A stretch of 64,000 nt of DNA from Eledone cirrhosa (taxonomy: Eukaryota): the NCBI GenBank assembly GCA_964016885.1, contig OZ024742.1:143840001-143904000 (forward strand), in the 5' to 3' direction. Shown here one piece after another: positions 25,746 through 38,306 of the stretch (positions within the stretch are counted from its first letter, which is position 1; each line of letters opens with the position of its first letter). A model generated the notes under the pieces. It was not told where the DNA came from. It saw nothing but the letters and a program-made list of their open reading frames with translations, and did no database searches. Position numbers and translations under genes: made by a program.

Positions 25746-27778
25746 CTTCTGACGCTTTAAATAATAACAGCTGTAGAAAGCCCTAATGGTATTTTACCCG
25801 ATTTTCAAAAGCTATTATTTATACCGATCGACTATTGTTACAGTTATTTACTACGTTTGGTTTCCCATATTTCAAACCATCCAAACTATATGATCTGTTT
25901 ACTTCCAGCTCTAGCCACAAGGAAGTTAAGTATAGCTTCTTAAATCGGAGGGGTTCCGTTGTCAGCCACCCCATTGCCTTGAGATTAACGCGCTCAGCGA
26001 AAATCCGAGAGGTGTGAAGGTCGATTCTTTGTAGCGACTGCTGGACACTTTTTTCCCCGGTCCTTGGTGGTATTTTACCTGATATTTTAAAGCTATTATT
26101 TATGATGATCGACTGTTGTTACAGTTATATTCTGCGTTTGGATTCCCACATTTCAGATCCTCCAAACACCTCGATAAATCATGTGATCTGAAAACATTAA
26201 CATTTTTGTTTTTCTATGACTATATGTAGTAACTTCCAATTGCCTAAACGGATAAGCCTTAAATATCTTCGATTCACACTAAATTAAGACGGCCGTTCAT
26301 TAAAATAAATTTTACTAAGTTCTAATTTTCCTTGCAATTCTTAAATTAGTTTTAAGTATTGTAATGGTTGCAGCAGCAGCAATATAAGGCAGTAATGATA
26401 GCAGCTGAGCTGTCGTAACAGCAATAATAATAGAAAGTATAATTATTTTTGGCCAAAAATGTATTAAATGAGTACAGCATCGTCATTTTTCTAATTTAAA
26501 AACATTATTCCTATAATTCGACATGGTTTTTAAAGATATTCCTAATTTTACTTAGTGAACGTTTAAAATCGAAAAAAAATAAAGCATGTTTTCCTGAAAT
26601 CTGAAATACTTCCAAAATATAAGAATTATTACTAAATTTATCCTTTGAAATAATTTATACTTCTATAAAGATGAGAGAACTGATTTGTACGCTAAGTATA
26701 CAATTCAAAAATGTTATTTTGAGCTATAATAGGTAGGAAAACACGACGGCAGCTTAATACAGTTCAAATTTTAGGCATTAAAATTTAAATTGCTCATAGC
26801 ACACACAGAAACTTGCGGAAGTAGCAACAAGCAAAGCAAACACACACGAATACACACACACAAACAACACATATACGCGCGCATGCCACGCACAAACTAC
26901 AAATAGACAAGATAGAATAATTAGAGCAAAATCAAAACGAAGAGGAGACACGAAGGGGTAAAATAGTCATTCAGAATGTCTCATAATGTGTGACGAAATA
27001 ACCGTGACAATAAAATAACCATCTGGTTACTAAACTAGCCAAGGAATGGATTAGTTAATTAGCTGACTAATAAAACCGAAGTGAAACATAAATGGTGTGT
27101 ATTTTATACATATATAAAGTTGCATTCCTGTTTGTTTGTTTGTTCACGAACTCCTCCTATGGCTTTGGAGATAGACCCTCATAACCATATATATTCTGAA
27201 ACTACATTGCTCAGGGATAAGTATATTTTATTTTAATCAAAGGGTTCCCCGGAGGCACAAAACCCCCGCTGAAAAATGTTTCCCTTCGATTTATATAAAT
27301 TTAAAGGTAAATGACAAAGATATAATGCCTATTCACAACAGTTTTGAATTGATATTTTGAAAAAATTATTTACAAGAAACAAAATAAGAATAAGATTTAA
27401 TAATGTAATTTTGATTTGATATATTACAAAAAATAATGTTTTCCAATTTTTCATGCATTACATTTTACATTGAGTAATATTGATATGCAGAGTTTTTCTC
27501 CATAAATTATATCACTGATTTAAAATCAATCATCATTTTCTTACAAAAAAAATAATGTGTGAAACATCATCTTTGTCAGTTACCTTGTCGTTTTAATTTG
27601 GATTGCTCGATAACGTAACCTTATTTAATAGTGCTGTCTGATAAAATCATGACACTGGTTAAGCTGAATCCTGTGGCTACTGTCGTCATTAAAATATGTA
27701 TCACAGCCCTATCAATAAAGGACTTTAACATCTGCAACTACTTCACATTTTCTTATTCTATTATATAGCAAGATATGT

Positions 27779-27993
27779 CAACATGAATGGACCTGTTATT
27801 TTTATCTAAAGACATTTTTTCCAATTCCAACCCGCCCGTCCTCCCAATCTATCTTATTTCTCATTCTTTCTTCTGATGAAGGACTAGCGTCCGAAATGTT
27901 AAGACCATCTTCCTGCTATATCAAGCGTTAACCTAATATACCCCTTCCATATACTGTACCGATTGTGTTGTTATTTCTGTTTACCTTTTACAT
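27779..27993 (+). mobile_element. PLE-like terminal repeat, family X, with a minimal hammerhead at 27869-27904
   Basis: UCUU-CUGAUGA-AGGAC(UAGC)GUCC-GAAA-UG-UU^AAGA; homologues at 36525-36607 (tail only), 44435-44560, 53824-53948, 55554-55767. Confidence 0.75.
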
Positions 27994-28340
27994 ACGTTAA
28001 GGGTGAAAGCAGCGATTCTTTGCTTAAACATTAATCTGTTATTTTAATATATATATATATATACACACACACATATGTGTGTGTGTGTCTGCGTATATAT
28101 ATGCATGCGTCAGTGTATACAGGCAAAAATATATAAAAATAAAATCAGCAAGAAAACCGATTAACCGGTATGTTTAGATAATATCCAGTCTAGTTAAATA
28201 TAATTATTAAAAAACTAATTTATATACCAGAGTTGTTTCTTTCGCCTTTCTTGGCCAGAATTAGCTAAAGTATTTTCTCCTCGCTACAATTGTAATTTCA
28301 ATTTATTAACAACTTGGCTCACATTACCACTGGCTTAACT

Positions 28341-28400
<60 letters not shown>

Positions 28401-28432
28401 ACAAAGTGAGAAATGTGCCAGCAGCCGAAGTG

Positions 28433-28872
28433 TATGCTAAAGTTATATCTGCATAAATGCAGAGTGTGTAACCAAGACTGCACCAACATGTAAAAATATA
28501 CACATCTAATATGTAAACATGTAAACATACTAGTAAACACGAATTTTCCTGTACACTGAAAAAAATGATAAACATCTTTGATCGATTTTTGTATCTTATT
28601 GGACCCTCATCAAAAACGCAAATTATATGCAAATTAGCAGAATAATACTAAGGGCGAAGGTTTCCTTGTGGTTGATTGGACAATATACTCGTCTTCTGAT
28701 GAGGGTTCAATAAGATCCGAAAATCGATTAAAATGTTAATCATTTTTTCAATTTACAAGGAAATTCATATTTTCTGGCTTGTTTACACATTATATATGTG
28801 TGGGTATATTTATACACGTTGGTGCAGTCTCGGTTTTACACTCTGTATTTATACAGATATAACTTTATCATA
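28433..28872. mobile_element. Diverged inverted repeat (28433-28619 / 28690-28872) with a hammerhead at 28690-28735 (+)
   Basis: CGUCUU-CUGAUGA-GGGUUC(AAUA)AGAUCC-GAAA-AUCGAU-UA^AAAUG; decayed mirror in the left arm. Confidence 0.7.
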
Positions 28873-28906
28873 TATATATATATATATATACTCACACATA
28901 GTTCTT

Positions 28907-28978
<72 letters not shown>

Positions 28979-28981
<3 letters not shown>

Positions 28982-29165
28982 GAAGGAGTTGTGGTAAGTA
29001 ACCAGATGGACCATAACGGACCAGAGTACTCAATACTTAGGATAGTAGAGTGGGTAATAGGAAAATGTATGACCCTGACGGCAGAGCTCAAGCCGTTTCG
29101 ACGGCTATTTCTGGTCCAGAAATAGCCATCGAAACGGCTTGAGCTCTGCCGTCGGGGTCATACAT

Positions 29166-29169
<4 letters not shown>
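28979..29169 (-). mobile_element. Hairpin mini-element, family H (tail plus fold-back palindrome 29061-29169)
   Basis: (TA)n flanks; arms carry GAAAC-GGCTTGAGCTCTGCC-GTC; homologous to 30909, 31112, 63781. Confidence 0.8.
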
Positions 29170-29211
<42 letters not shown>

Positions 29212-30278
29212 TCACGCACACACTTCTTGTTTATATATATGTTTAAAAAAATAGAGGTGTAACACACGAGTTGTGATATATTAGTAAAAGGAAAAGAAAA
29301 TGCTGACAAATTTTTCCCAGTGAAAAATAGTTTAATTAGGAATAAGTATAAATTAGTAATAAGTATTGGTTAGTATTCAGTTTTAGTTTTAAGTTTTTAC
29401 CGGCTGCGCATTTCTAATGCTTTTCAAAAATAATTTTGAGATAGAGCGCTCGTGATGTTTGCTCTAATATAAATATATAAATTTCGTATTTCTAAAGAAA
29501 CACGGATTTAGGAAGCCGTAGCTATGCAAACACCGGGGCTAACGCCCTCTGGTGGTGTCCAGCAGAAGCAAGGGGGACAACCGTCTATACATTTCAGGCT
29601 TGACTAGCCTTCTTCAGGACGGTCCCTCCCACAGCTTGCAACTGCTGGCCTTGAAAACAGTCGAGAATATATAGTTTTCTCGTCTTTGTAATTGAGGTGA
29701 TTAATCTCATTTGCATATCCTAGCGAAATCATATTTATATTTATATATATATATATATATATAAACGGAAAAAATGAAACGAAATTTCATTTCCCACTCT
29801 TAGTACGGCTGTTACTTAAATATAAGTATGAACACGTACATACATATATGTATACAGACGTACAGTAGTATGTATATATATATATACATTCATGCACACA
29901 TATATATATGTACGTATGGATTCACCGAACATTTATTATAATGCTCGGTGTGTTTGTAAACAAACATCCCGTATTAAGCCGTAGTGTCCAGCAACCATCG
30001 TTGCTCGTTTGTTCAACACTGACAAAGGAACGCTGTACTAGTTTCAAGCTTATTAGCTATCGTCAGCAACGTATACCTTCCTGCCAGACTGTTGAACATA
30101 TATACTTACCTTATACATATTAACGACTGAGTAGCCCAATTTGCATATCGAGTGGGTTAATCGGCCGGGTGCACCGAAAACGATAAACGGAAAAAATGAA
30201 ACGAAATTTCATTTCCCACTTATATATATATATATCCATACTTATATATATATATATATATATATATATTATCTTCTC

Positions 30279-30351
<73 letters not shown>

Positions 30352-30405
30352 CGTTTCTGAATTTGTTTAGCAAGATTCTTTATCTGAAATCGTGTGTTGA
30401 AACCG

Positions 30406-30852
30406 ATATTGTTATACTTTGGGAGGGCCATGTTGCCAATAAGAAACACACGCACCAGTTACTTTCACTTCAATTTATTATAATAAATTTATAATAAATT
30501 TATAATAAATTTATAAATTTCTGGTTGGTTGGTTGGTTCCACAACCAGATAGTTGTTTATATATAGTCATAGTTCTTTCGTCACACACTCTGTGACCTCT
30601 TCAGTAACTGGGGATTCCTTTCTTTGTTTCTGTGCCTCTCCTTTGTTCTGTCCTACGCCATTTTGTAGGACAGAACAAAGAAAGGAATCCCCAGTCACTG
30701 AAGAGGTCACAGAGTGTGTGACGAAAGAACTATGACTATATATAAACAACTATCTGGTTGTGGAACCAACCAACCAACCAGAAATTTATAAATTGAAGTG
30801 AAAGCAACTGGTGCGTGTGTTTCTTATTGGCAACATGACCCTCCCAAAGTAT

Positions 30853-30860
<8 letters not shown>
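30406..30860. mobile_element. ~455-bp near-perfect palindrome with hammerheads at 30693-30737 (+) and 30565-30609 (-)
   Basis: AGUCA-CUGAAGA-GGUCACA(GAGUG)UGUGAC-GAAA-GAAC-UA^UGACU; centre GTCCTAC-GCCATTTT-GTAGGAC. Confidence 0.85.
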
Positions 30861-30908
<48 letters not shown>

Positions 30909-30913
<5 letters not shown>

Positions 30914-31087
30914 GAAGGAAGTGTGGTAAGGAAGCAGGTGGACCATAACGCACCAGAGTACTCGATAACAGGAAAAGAGTCAGAACCCCGACGACCGAGC
31001 TCCGACCGTTTCGGCAGCTAGGTTTGAACGTTCAGACCTAGCTATCGAAACGGCTGGAGCTGCCGTCGGGGTCCTGACTATTTTCCT
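30909..31087 (-). mobile_element. Hairpin mini-element, family H (older copy)
   Basis: Palindrome 30970-31087; (TA)n flanks. Confidence 0.75.
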
Positions 31088-31111
31088 ATATATATATATA
31101 TATATATATAT

Positions 31112-31303
31112 AACGAAGGAAATGTGGTAAGGAACCAGGTGGACCATAACGCACCAAAGTACTCAATACTTAGGGTAGTAGAGTGGGTAATAGGAACAAG
31201 TAAGACCCCGACGGCTGAGCTCAAGCCGTTTCGACGGAATTTCGTACAGAATTAGCCGTCGAAACGGCTTGAGCTCAGCCGTCGGGGTCTTACTTGTTCC
31301 TAT
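31112..31303 (-). mobile_element. Hairpin mini-element, family H
   Basis: Palindrome 31190-31303; (TA)n flanks. Confidence 0.85.
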
Positions 31304-31336
31304 ATATATATATATAGAGAGAGAGACAGACAGAAA

Positions 31337-31524
31337 TTAATTGGTTCTACTTTTGGCACAAGGCCACCAAATTACACACTACATTACTGGTACTTTATTT
31401 TATCGACCCCGTAAGGATGAAAGGCAAAGTTAACCTCGACGGGATTTGAACTCAGACCGTAAAGGGACGTAACTATGCTGGAAAGCATGGTGTCCGACCC
31501 TCTACCGATACTGCCAATCCACCG
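31337..31524 (-). mobile_element. tRNA-derived SINE copy
   Basis: Family match. Confidence 0.85.
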
Positions 31525-32527
31525 AGAGAGAAATTAATATGATATATAGCTGCCTCAAACCATATGCTACTCTCTAATAAAACGGAGACATTGAATAATG
31601 TAGTCACTGATATACAACAACATGAAATGGTCATGGCTGGAATGCCTTTGATCATAGGTCTAATCTTCCCAATTTGGTCGGGGTCGAGCTCGGACTAAGC
31701 AACAACAGCGATGCGCTCTTAATTAAAGGGTTCATTTGCCATAGATAGTAAGTCCTGTATGTTTTAACCCTTGCGGAAGTATCATATTGTCATTGACCTG
31801 AACAATAAACTATTTAGCATTAAAAACAGATGCTCATTGTAGAAGACTGCAAGCCACTGTTTTTCTGTTTGGAGAGATCGTGGTCCCAGAAGGGTAATCA
31901 TCCTGTCTCTAAGAGATTGGTGAATATCTCAACATGTCAATATTTTAAAAGTCTACATAAAAAAAGAAACAATAATACTAATAAAAATTGTCGGCCAAAC
32001 CTTTGAACCAGTTAACTGTCAAAAGTTAATGACAACCATTCAGCAGCAAGAGAAGTATTAAAAAAAAAAAAATAAATAAACGAAGGTAGATCACGAAGAA
32101 GGTAGGTGGTATAGGCAGATCAGTATTTTGATACTGGAGACGTTAATAATATAAGGAGAGGCATGCTGTTTATTGATAGAAATTCTTTGCAGAGAAATTG
32201 TTCGTTTGTTTGGTGGTATGGTCTAATAAATTCAGCTATTTAACATCAGGAAATAAGGTCAATCTACCTACTGTTTTCATTTTACTAACGATAGGAGGCA
32301 AGTATAAAAAGATAACTAATGGGTCAGTTTCAAATACAATAAACACACATATGTTGTTGTTAATGTTTTTTGTTTATTTAGCCGCGACTTAGGATCAAAG
32401 GCATTCCAGCCGTGACTATCACGTCCTTTACCTCTAGGCACACTGCTCGAACAACAATGAAGAACCTCAATGCGGTCACTCAACCTGCTTGAAATGAGCG
32501 ACCAAATCTGCCTCACGATCCTGCTAT

Positions 32528-32566
<39 letters not shown>

Positions 32567-32753
32567 TTGAGTTTAAACGTCCGTGCAGAGGTAGTAAGCC
32601 ATGACAGACTAGGGGAAGTGTCGAGTACTCCTTACAATTAGTAATCAAAAAGAGCTAGTGAGTCAAGTAATAAAAAATAAAATAAAAAAAAAGCCAAAAA
32701 CTAAAAAAGAAAAACGGGGAAAAATAAAATAACAAAAATAAAATTTCAAATAT

Positions 32754-32885
32754 TTGTTTCTACTTTAGGCACAAGGCCAGCAATAACCCAGTTCATTACT
32801 GGTACTTTATTTTATCGACCCCGTAAGGATGAAAGGCAAAGTCAACCTCGGCGGGATTTGAACTCAGATCGTAAAGGGACGTAAA
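32754..32885 (-). mobile_element. 5'-truncated SINE copy
   Basis: Family match, 3' two-thirds. Confidence 0.85.
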
Positions 32886-33348
32886 GACCAATGGGAGGCA
32901 GATTATGCTGTCCACTGAATTGTGAAAAAAAAGAAAGAGTAAAGAATAAATTCATTTCGATTAAACATGGCGATCTCTCTAAGTGTTGATGAACCATTGA
33001 ACGAAGCCTCTACGTGGTGGTTTGTCCTGCTAAAAATAGTAAACAGTTCTCACTAAGTTTACACACTATAATCTTTTTTTTTTTAAATAGTCCACGTTGG
33101 ATAATATAGTCTTGACGATCATAGATCTTCTCGATCAGGTTTACACAACTCAAATCCTGATTCAACACTTCTTAGACGCAACAATCAACTCCGAAATATC
33201 AAACAGTCCAGAAGTCTGGTAAATTTAATTGATCTGACGATTACTTAAACAGGCACCTATTCATCTAACGTTAATATTTCATATGTAATCTTAGAGAATT
33301 TCATAGAGATCTTTTACGTAACTTCAGCAAAGAAGTTGATCCACTGCT

Positions 33349-33381
<33 letters not shown>

Positions 33382-33383
<2 letters not shown>

Positions 33384-33598
33384 GTAATAATAAAATTGAA
33401 GACTAAAATCCAAAGAGGGTTCGATAGGGAAAATATATATCAAATATATAAGAACCGTAGAGCAAATATTTATTAAAATAACAGATTAAAGTTTAAGCAA
33501 AGAATCGCTGCTTTCACCCTTAACGGGATCTTCAGAAGATCCCGTTAAGGGTGAAAGCAGCGATTCTTTGCTTAAACTTTAATCTGTTATTTTAATAA

Positions 33599-33600
<2 letters not shown>
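33382..33600 (-). mobile_element. Solo pseudo-LTR fragment of the 47.6-51.3 kb PLE, with a 133-bp palindrome (33468-33600)
   Basis: Matches 47652-47808; axis at A33534 inside the CUGAAGA hammerhead core. Confidence 0.85.
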
Positions 33601-33640
<40 letters not shown>

Positions 33641-33734
33641 CACAAATTTAAATTTTGAAAACCAAACAATGCGTTAGAAAGAACATTAAATCGCCAAGAT
33701 AATAAAAGAATCTTACCGTACCAAATTTAATGAT

Positions 33735-33848
<114 letters not shown>

Positions 33849-36223
33849 GGGTGGTTTTTGCGTTGTTTTTCTTGATAGGCGGGCTGCTCTGTGGCCAATA
33901 TTCCATAGACACGTAATTTAATGTCAGAATGTGCGTGACAGAATATGTACCTTCGTATTACAGATACAGTCAATCCCACGGGCTTCTACAACGTCCGTTT
34001 ACTTAATTTCATTTACAATATTTGGATCGATATGAGGCTATGATAAAAGTCACTTGCACACGATGTCCTGCAGTGGTATCAAACCCGAAATCTCATGCTT
34101 ATGCAACAAACTTTATCATTATTCTGTTATACTGCATTCACTCCCTGTACTCTATTAACTTGGCACTTTTGTTGACATAATCAAAAAAAGGAAAAAGAAA
34201 CAACTTTAAAGTCCCATTTGATATCTAACTACAGCTAGGTAGTATAAAACAATATAAATACTTGATTATTAAATGTCTGCTGTTGCATATAGATATCAAA
34301 TATTGATTTCTAATCTAGACATTAGGCCAGTAAATTATGGGGGAAGGACAAAATTAATTAAATCAATCTCAGTATTTGTCTGGTACTTCATTTTATCGAT
34401 TCCGGAACGGTAAAATGGCAAACTTGACCTCGGCGGGATTTGAACTAAGATCGTAAAGAACCAGAACAAATACCATATTGACATTTAATCCAACAGTTTA
34501 CTAATTCTGCCATTCGATCAGCCTTCTATAAACACCAGATATTAAATATGTTAATGCACTATCATTTTGTTGGTAACATATTTTTAATTACAAATTTAAC
34601 TTACAGATGTCCAGCAATGTTGAGTTTATCCGGGTTCAGTTTCATTCCCCTTCACTTATGATGTTAATGCTCTTGGGAAAAGCATTAAACACACAGCTTC
34701 CCATATCCTCTCTACCATTAAAATTATCGAGCCCTTGTACCTAACTTACTGACTGTTTCAGCTTTAAAATACTTTGTCATGTGATCAAACTATGAGTTGA
34801 GAGAATGTAACAATTCATGATAACTGTGATGACATCAAAATATTAATGGATTGACATTTTATGGTATTTCAGATAAGATGGATTTACATATGATGAGACT
34901 TTAAACGGTGATAATATGAAACTCTCTAAATTTGTTCATTCAGGTTTGACAATTATATTAAAATGGTCTTTCTAAAGTGGAAGACAGACGATTCTATGTT
35001 TACTTATAGTGGTACATCATAATTAGAATGCATATTGACAATATAAATTAAAATGAAACAATATCAAACTAAAAACAATATATGAAATGCTCCTTAGAGG
35101 CCTTTTTAGACTGTGAGCTTCTAGGTTTATTTAACAAATGGTTTGGAGTCAGTTTTTTTTAAAAACTAATTTCGTAAAATGAAAAGCAGTCATTAGTTGG
35201 GGTCGAACTCGGTAAATAGATCGGTTATGCCTATATAATATCAATAAGATTCCAGAAAAAAGAAAAGACCTGGCACGAATGCTTGCGACAGAGGGAACTT
35301 CGTTAAATGTACACAAGAACCAGGTGATGGTGTTAAACTGGACGATGGATGAAGTTTACCGTTCAAGAATTCACAAAAATCTCGAACGATTAAAACAAGG
35401 CTTCTCACCCATTGTTCTAACAATCCCACCAATCCATATCCATAGATTGGGATTTCTTTTTATCGACACCGAAATGATAAAAGGCAAAGATCACCTGTGC
35501 GGATTTGAACTTAGAGTGCTGAGAGTCAGAACAAGCATCGCATAGCATTTTGTCCTACGCTCTAACGACTCTGCCTTAAAATATTAATATAGTCATGGTT
35601 AGTTGCACATAAAACAAATTCATTAACATTCAAAAACAGGTATAATAAACTCTACAAATCTTTGATTTTCTGAAGTTATTTCATTTGTCACATCATAAAT
35701 GTATAACTTTAGTTTTGTTAGTGATGTGAGCAAATTTAACACTTTCCGCTTGCTTCACAATACCCAGTCTATCGCAGTTCTAGCATGACTTCTTCCTTTT
35801 AGCTTCACTTGTTTGATGCTTTGCAAAATTATCGTCAGTATGTAGTTATAGCGGCTATAGCTTTAATATTGGAGTAAATTCAGACAACAGAATTTGGTTC
35901 AGTGGCGATAATGTCTGATGTAATTTAAAGTTTCGACTTTCCGGGTTCCTGTCCATTTAATTTACGGTATATTTTCTGGGAAGGTAGACTGCTGTCAGAC
36001 ATGATGTTAGCAATGATGGTGGTGTGTTTATTGGATTGTGATTATGAACGCAAGCACTGTCTCTAAATGTAAATCTTGCTTTTGATCAATACTTGCGTTA
36101 TTCGGAAGACACCCAAACGGCGCTGGGAAATTAGTTCGTTATTCCATGTCACTATTTGTTATCTAAAATTTAGTTCATCTCTGCATTGTGAAAACGAAAT
36201 ATTGATTAAAATTATTGCATTAA

Positions 36224-36322
<99 letters not shown>

Positions 36323-36486
36323 CAAATTATAAACGTAAACATGTAAGTATGTTTTTGAAACGGTGCGCGAGTTTGAAATTAGAAATTAGAAATTATAAGT
36401 TTTCACCGTATTTTAGACTAAAGAAATTTCTAGCCTGATAGTGGGGTTTATAACCCTCGGAGAAATGGAAAAAGATGAGTGTTGCC

Positions 36487-36526
<40 letters not shown>

Positions 36527-36603
36527 CAAGCGTTAAACTAATATCTTTTTTCTATGTACTGTGCCGTTTGTTTTATTATTTTTGTTATTTCTTTTTACCT
36601 TTT

Positions 36604-36650
<47 letters not shown>

Positions 36651-36667
36651 TGTCTGTGTGTGTGTGT

Positions 36668-36704
<37 letters not shown>

Positions 36705-38022
36705 ACATAATATATAAACATATATATTAATTACTTAATTACTTCTCAAGCGTTCAAGACAGGCAGGAATTTATCAAATTAATATTTACATTGAATGCTT
36801 ATAGATTATTGTTATTTAATCCCAGGTGATTTCATATTGTATATATCTATAATGTTTACACCATGGCCATCACGACTTTTGTATATCTGGCCAACACCTC
36901 TTTCCATTTTAAATATGTTAGAATGTGTGAGTATGGTTTGATGGAATTCGGTGGCTATCTAAAATAGTTCGAGTGATCGAATAGTGACCCACCCGTCTGT
37001 TGTTTTGAACGTATGTTGGGAATTAGAAAGTAATTTGAGAAAGCTGAAACTGAGAAGATTAAGGGATTATTCGGGTTTTAGGAGGAGAAGCAGGTGCGCT
37101 GGATCGTAAACAGTTTTCTAGCGGGAACTGTAGTAGTAACTACTGAAGAGACAGAAAGAAGGCATAAACCCTTCAGTTGCAGCAATTTTAGGACACGACC
37201 GTTATAGGTTTTAGTCGTTCATCTTCAAAATTTCACTCACAAGGCCAATACGAGATTATTGTAGGAGGCACTTGCTTAACAGGTCATATAGTTGGGTCGA
37301 ACGTGTGACTATTTAGTTGCGAAGAGTACTTCTTAACCGTAAAGCCATGCCTATGCCTTAATATGGTTTACTGGTTTACTAATTCATTTTTTGAGGTGTG
37401 TATGTGGTGGTGGAGGTAGTATGTGTGTGGTGGTGGTAGTGGGGGGGGGGATCTAAATGTTTGCAACAGTTTCTCTTTACTGGATATTGAGTGAATGCAA
37501 CTGCAGAGGACACAAACGAAAGATTTTATATTTTATGAATACTTATTCATAAAATAGAATTTGAGACATTTTCAACAACATATTTAAGATGGGCTCATCG
37601 GTGGATTGAAAATAAGTCACAAATTGCCTCCACCCCCGTTCAATAACTTTAACGGTCTAGTCTCGTTTTGATATTTAACTATAGAGAGCTACCACAAACT
37701 TACAATAGTTGAGTATTAAAGAACAACTGTTACATTTATAATAGTTAATGTTAATGATCTAAATTCGCTATCAACCACACATTGAGCAGTTTTCTATTGA
37801 AATTATCTCAAGTCAACCAATACCTTTGTGTGGTGAACACCAGTTATTCTAGTGCACTTCTTGTTCTTCTTTTATTGATTTCAGTGACTGCAGTATTTTG
37901 TCTGGTACTTATTTCATTGTACTCATATGATATGAAATACAAAATGTTCATTGGCATAAGGAGAGATAATTCAGTCAAATATAAATACCACAGGGTTATT
38001 TCTGACTGACTGTCTAGATTTT

Positions 38023-38054
<32 letters not shown>

Positions 38055-38210
38055 CATATATATTATATATATATATGTATACATATATATATATATATAT
38101 ATATACGAGGGTCGGCTGAAATGTTCATAGGCTGAAAAGTTCATAGGCTGACCAAGATACCAAGATACTCTCATGGAATGACCGATATATATATTATATA
38201 TATATCACTA

Positions 38211-38306
<96 letters not shown>

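Noticed and set aside
38105-38172. Mariner-like TIR (TACGAGGGTCGGCTGAAA)
   Set aside because: No matching second TIR or transposase nearby; at most an isolated end
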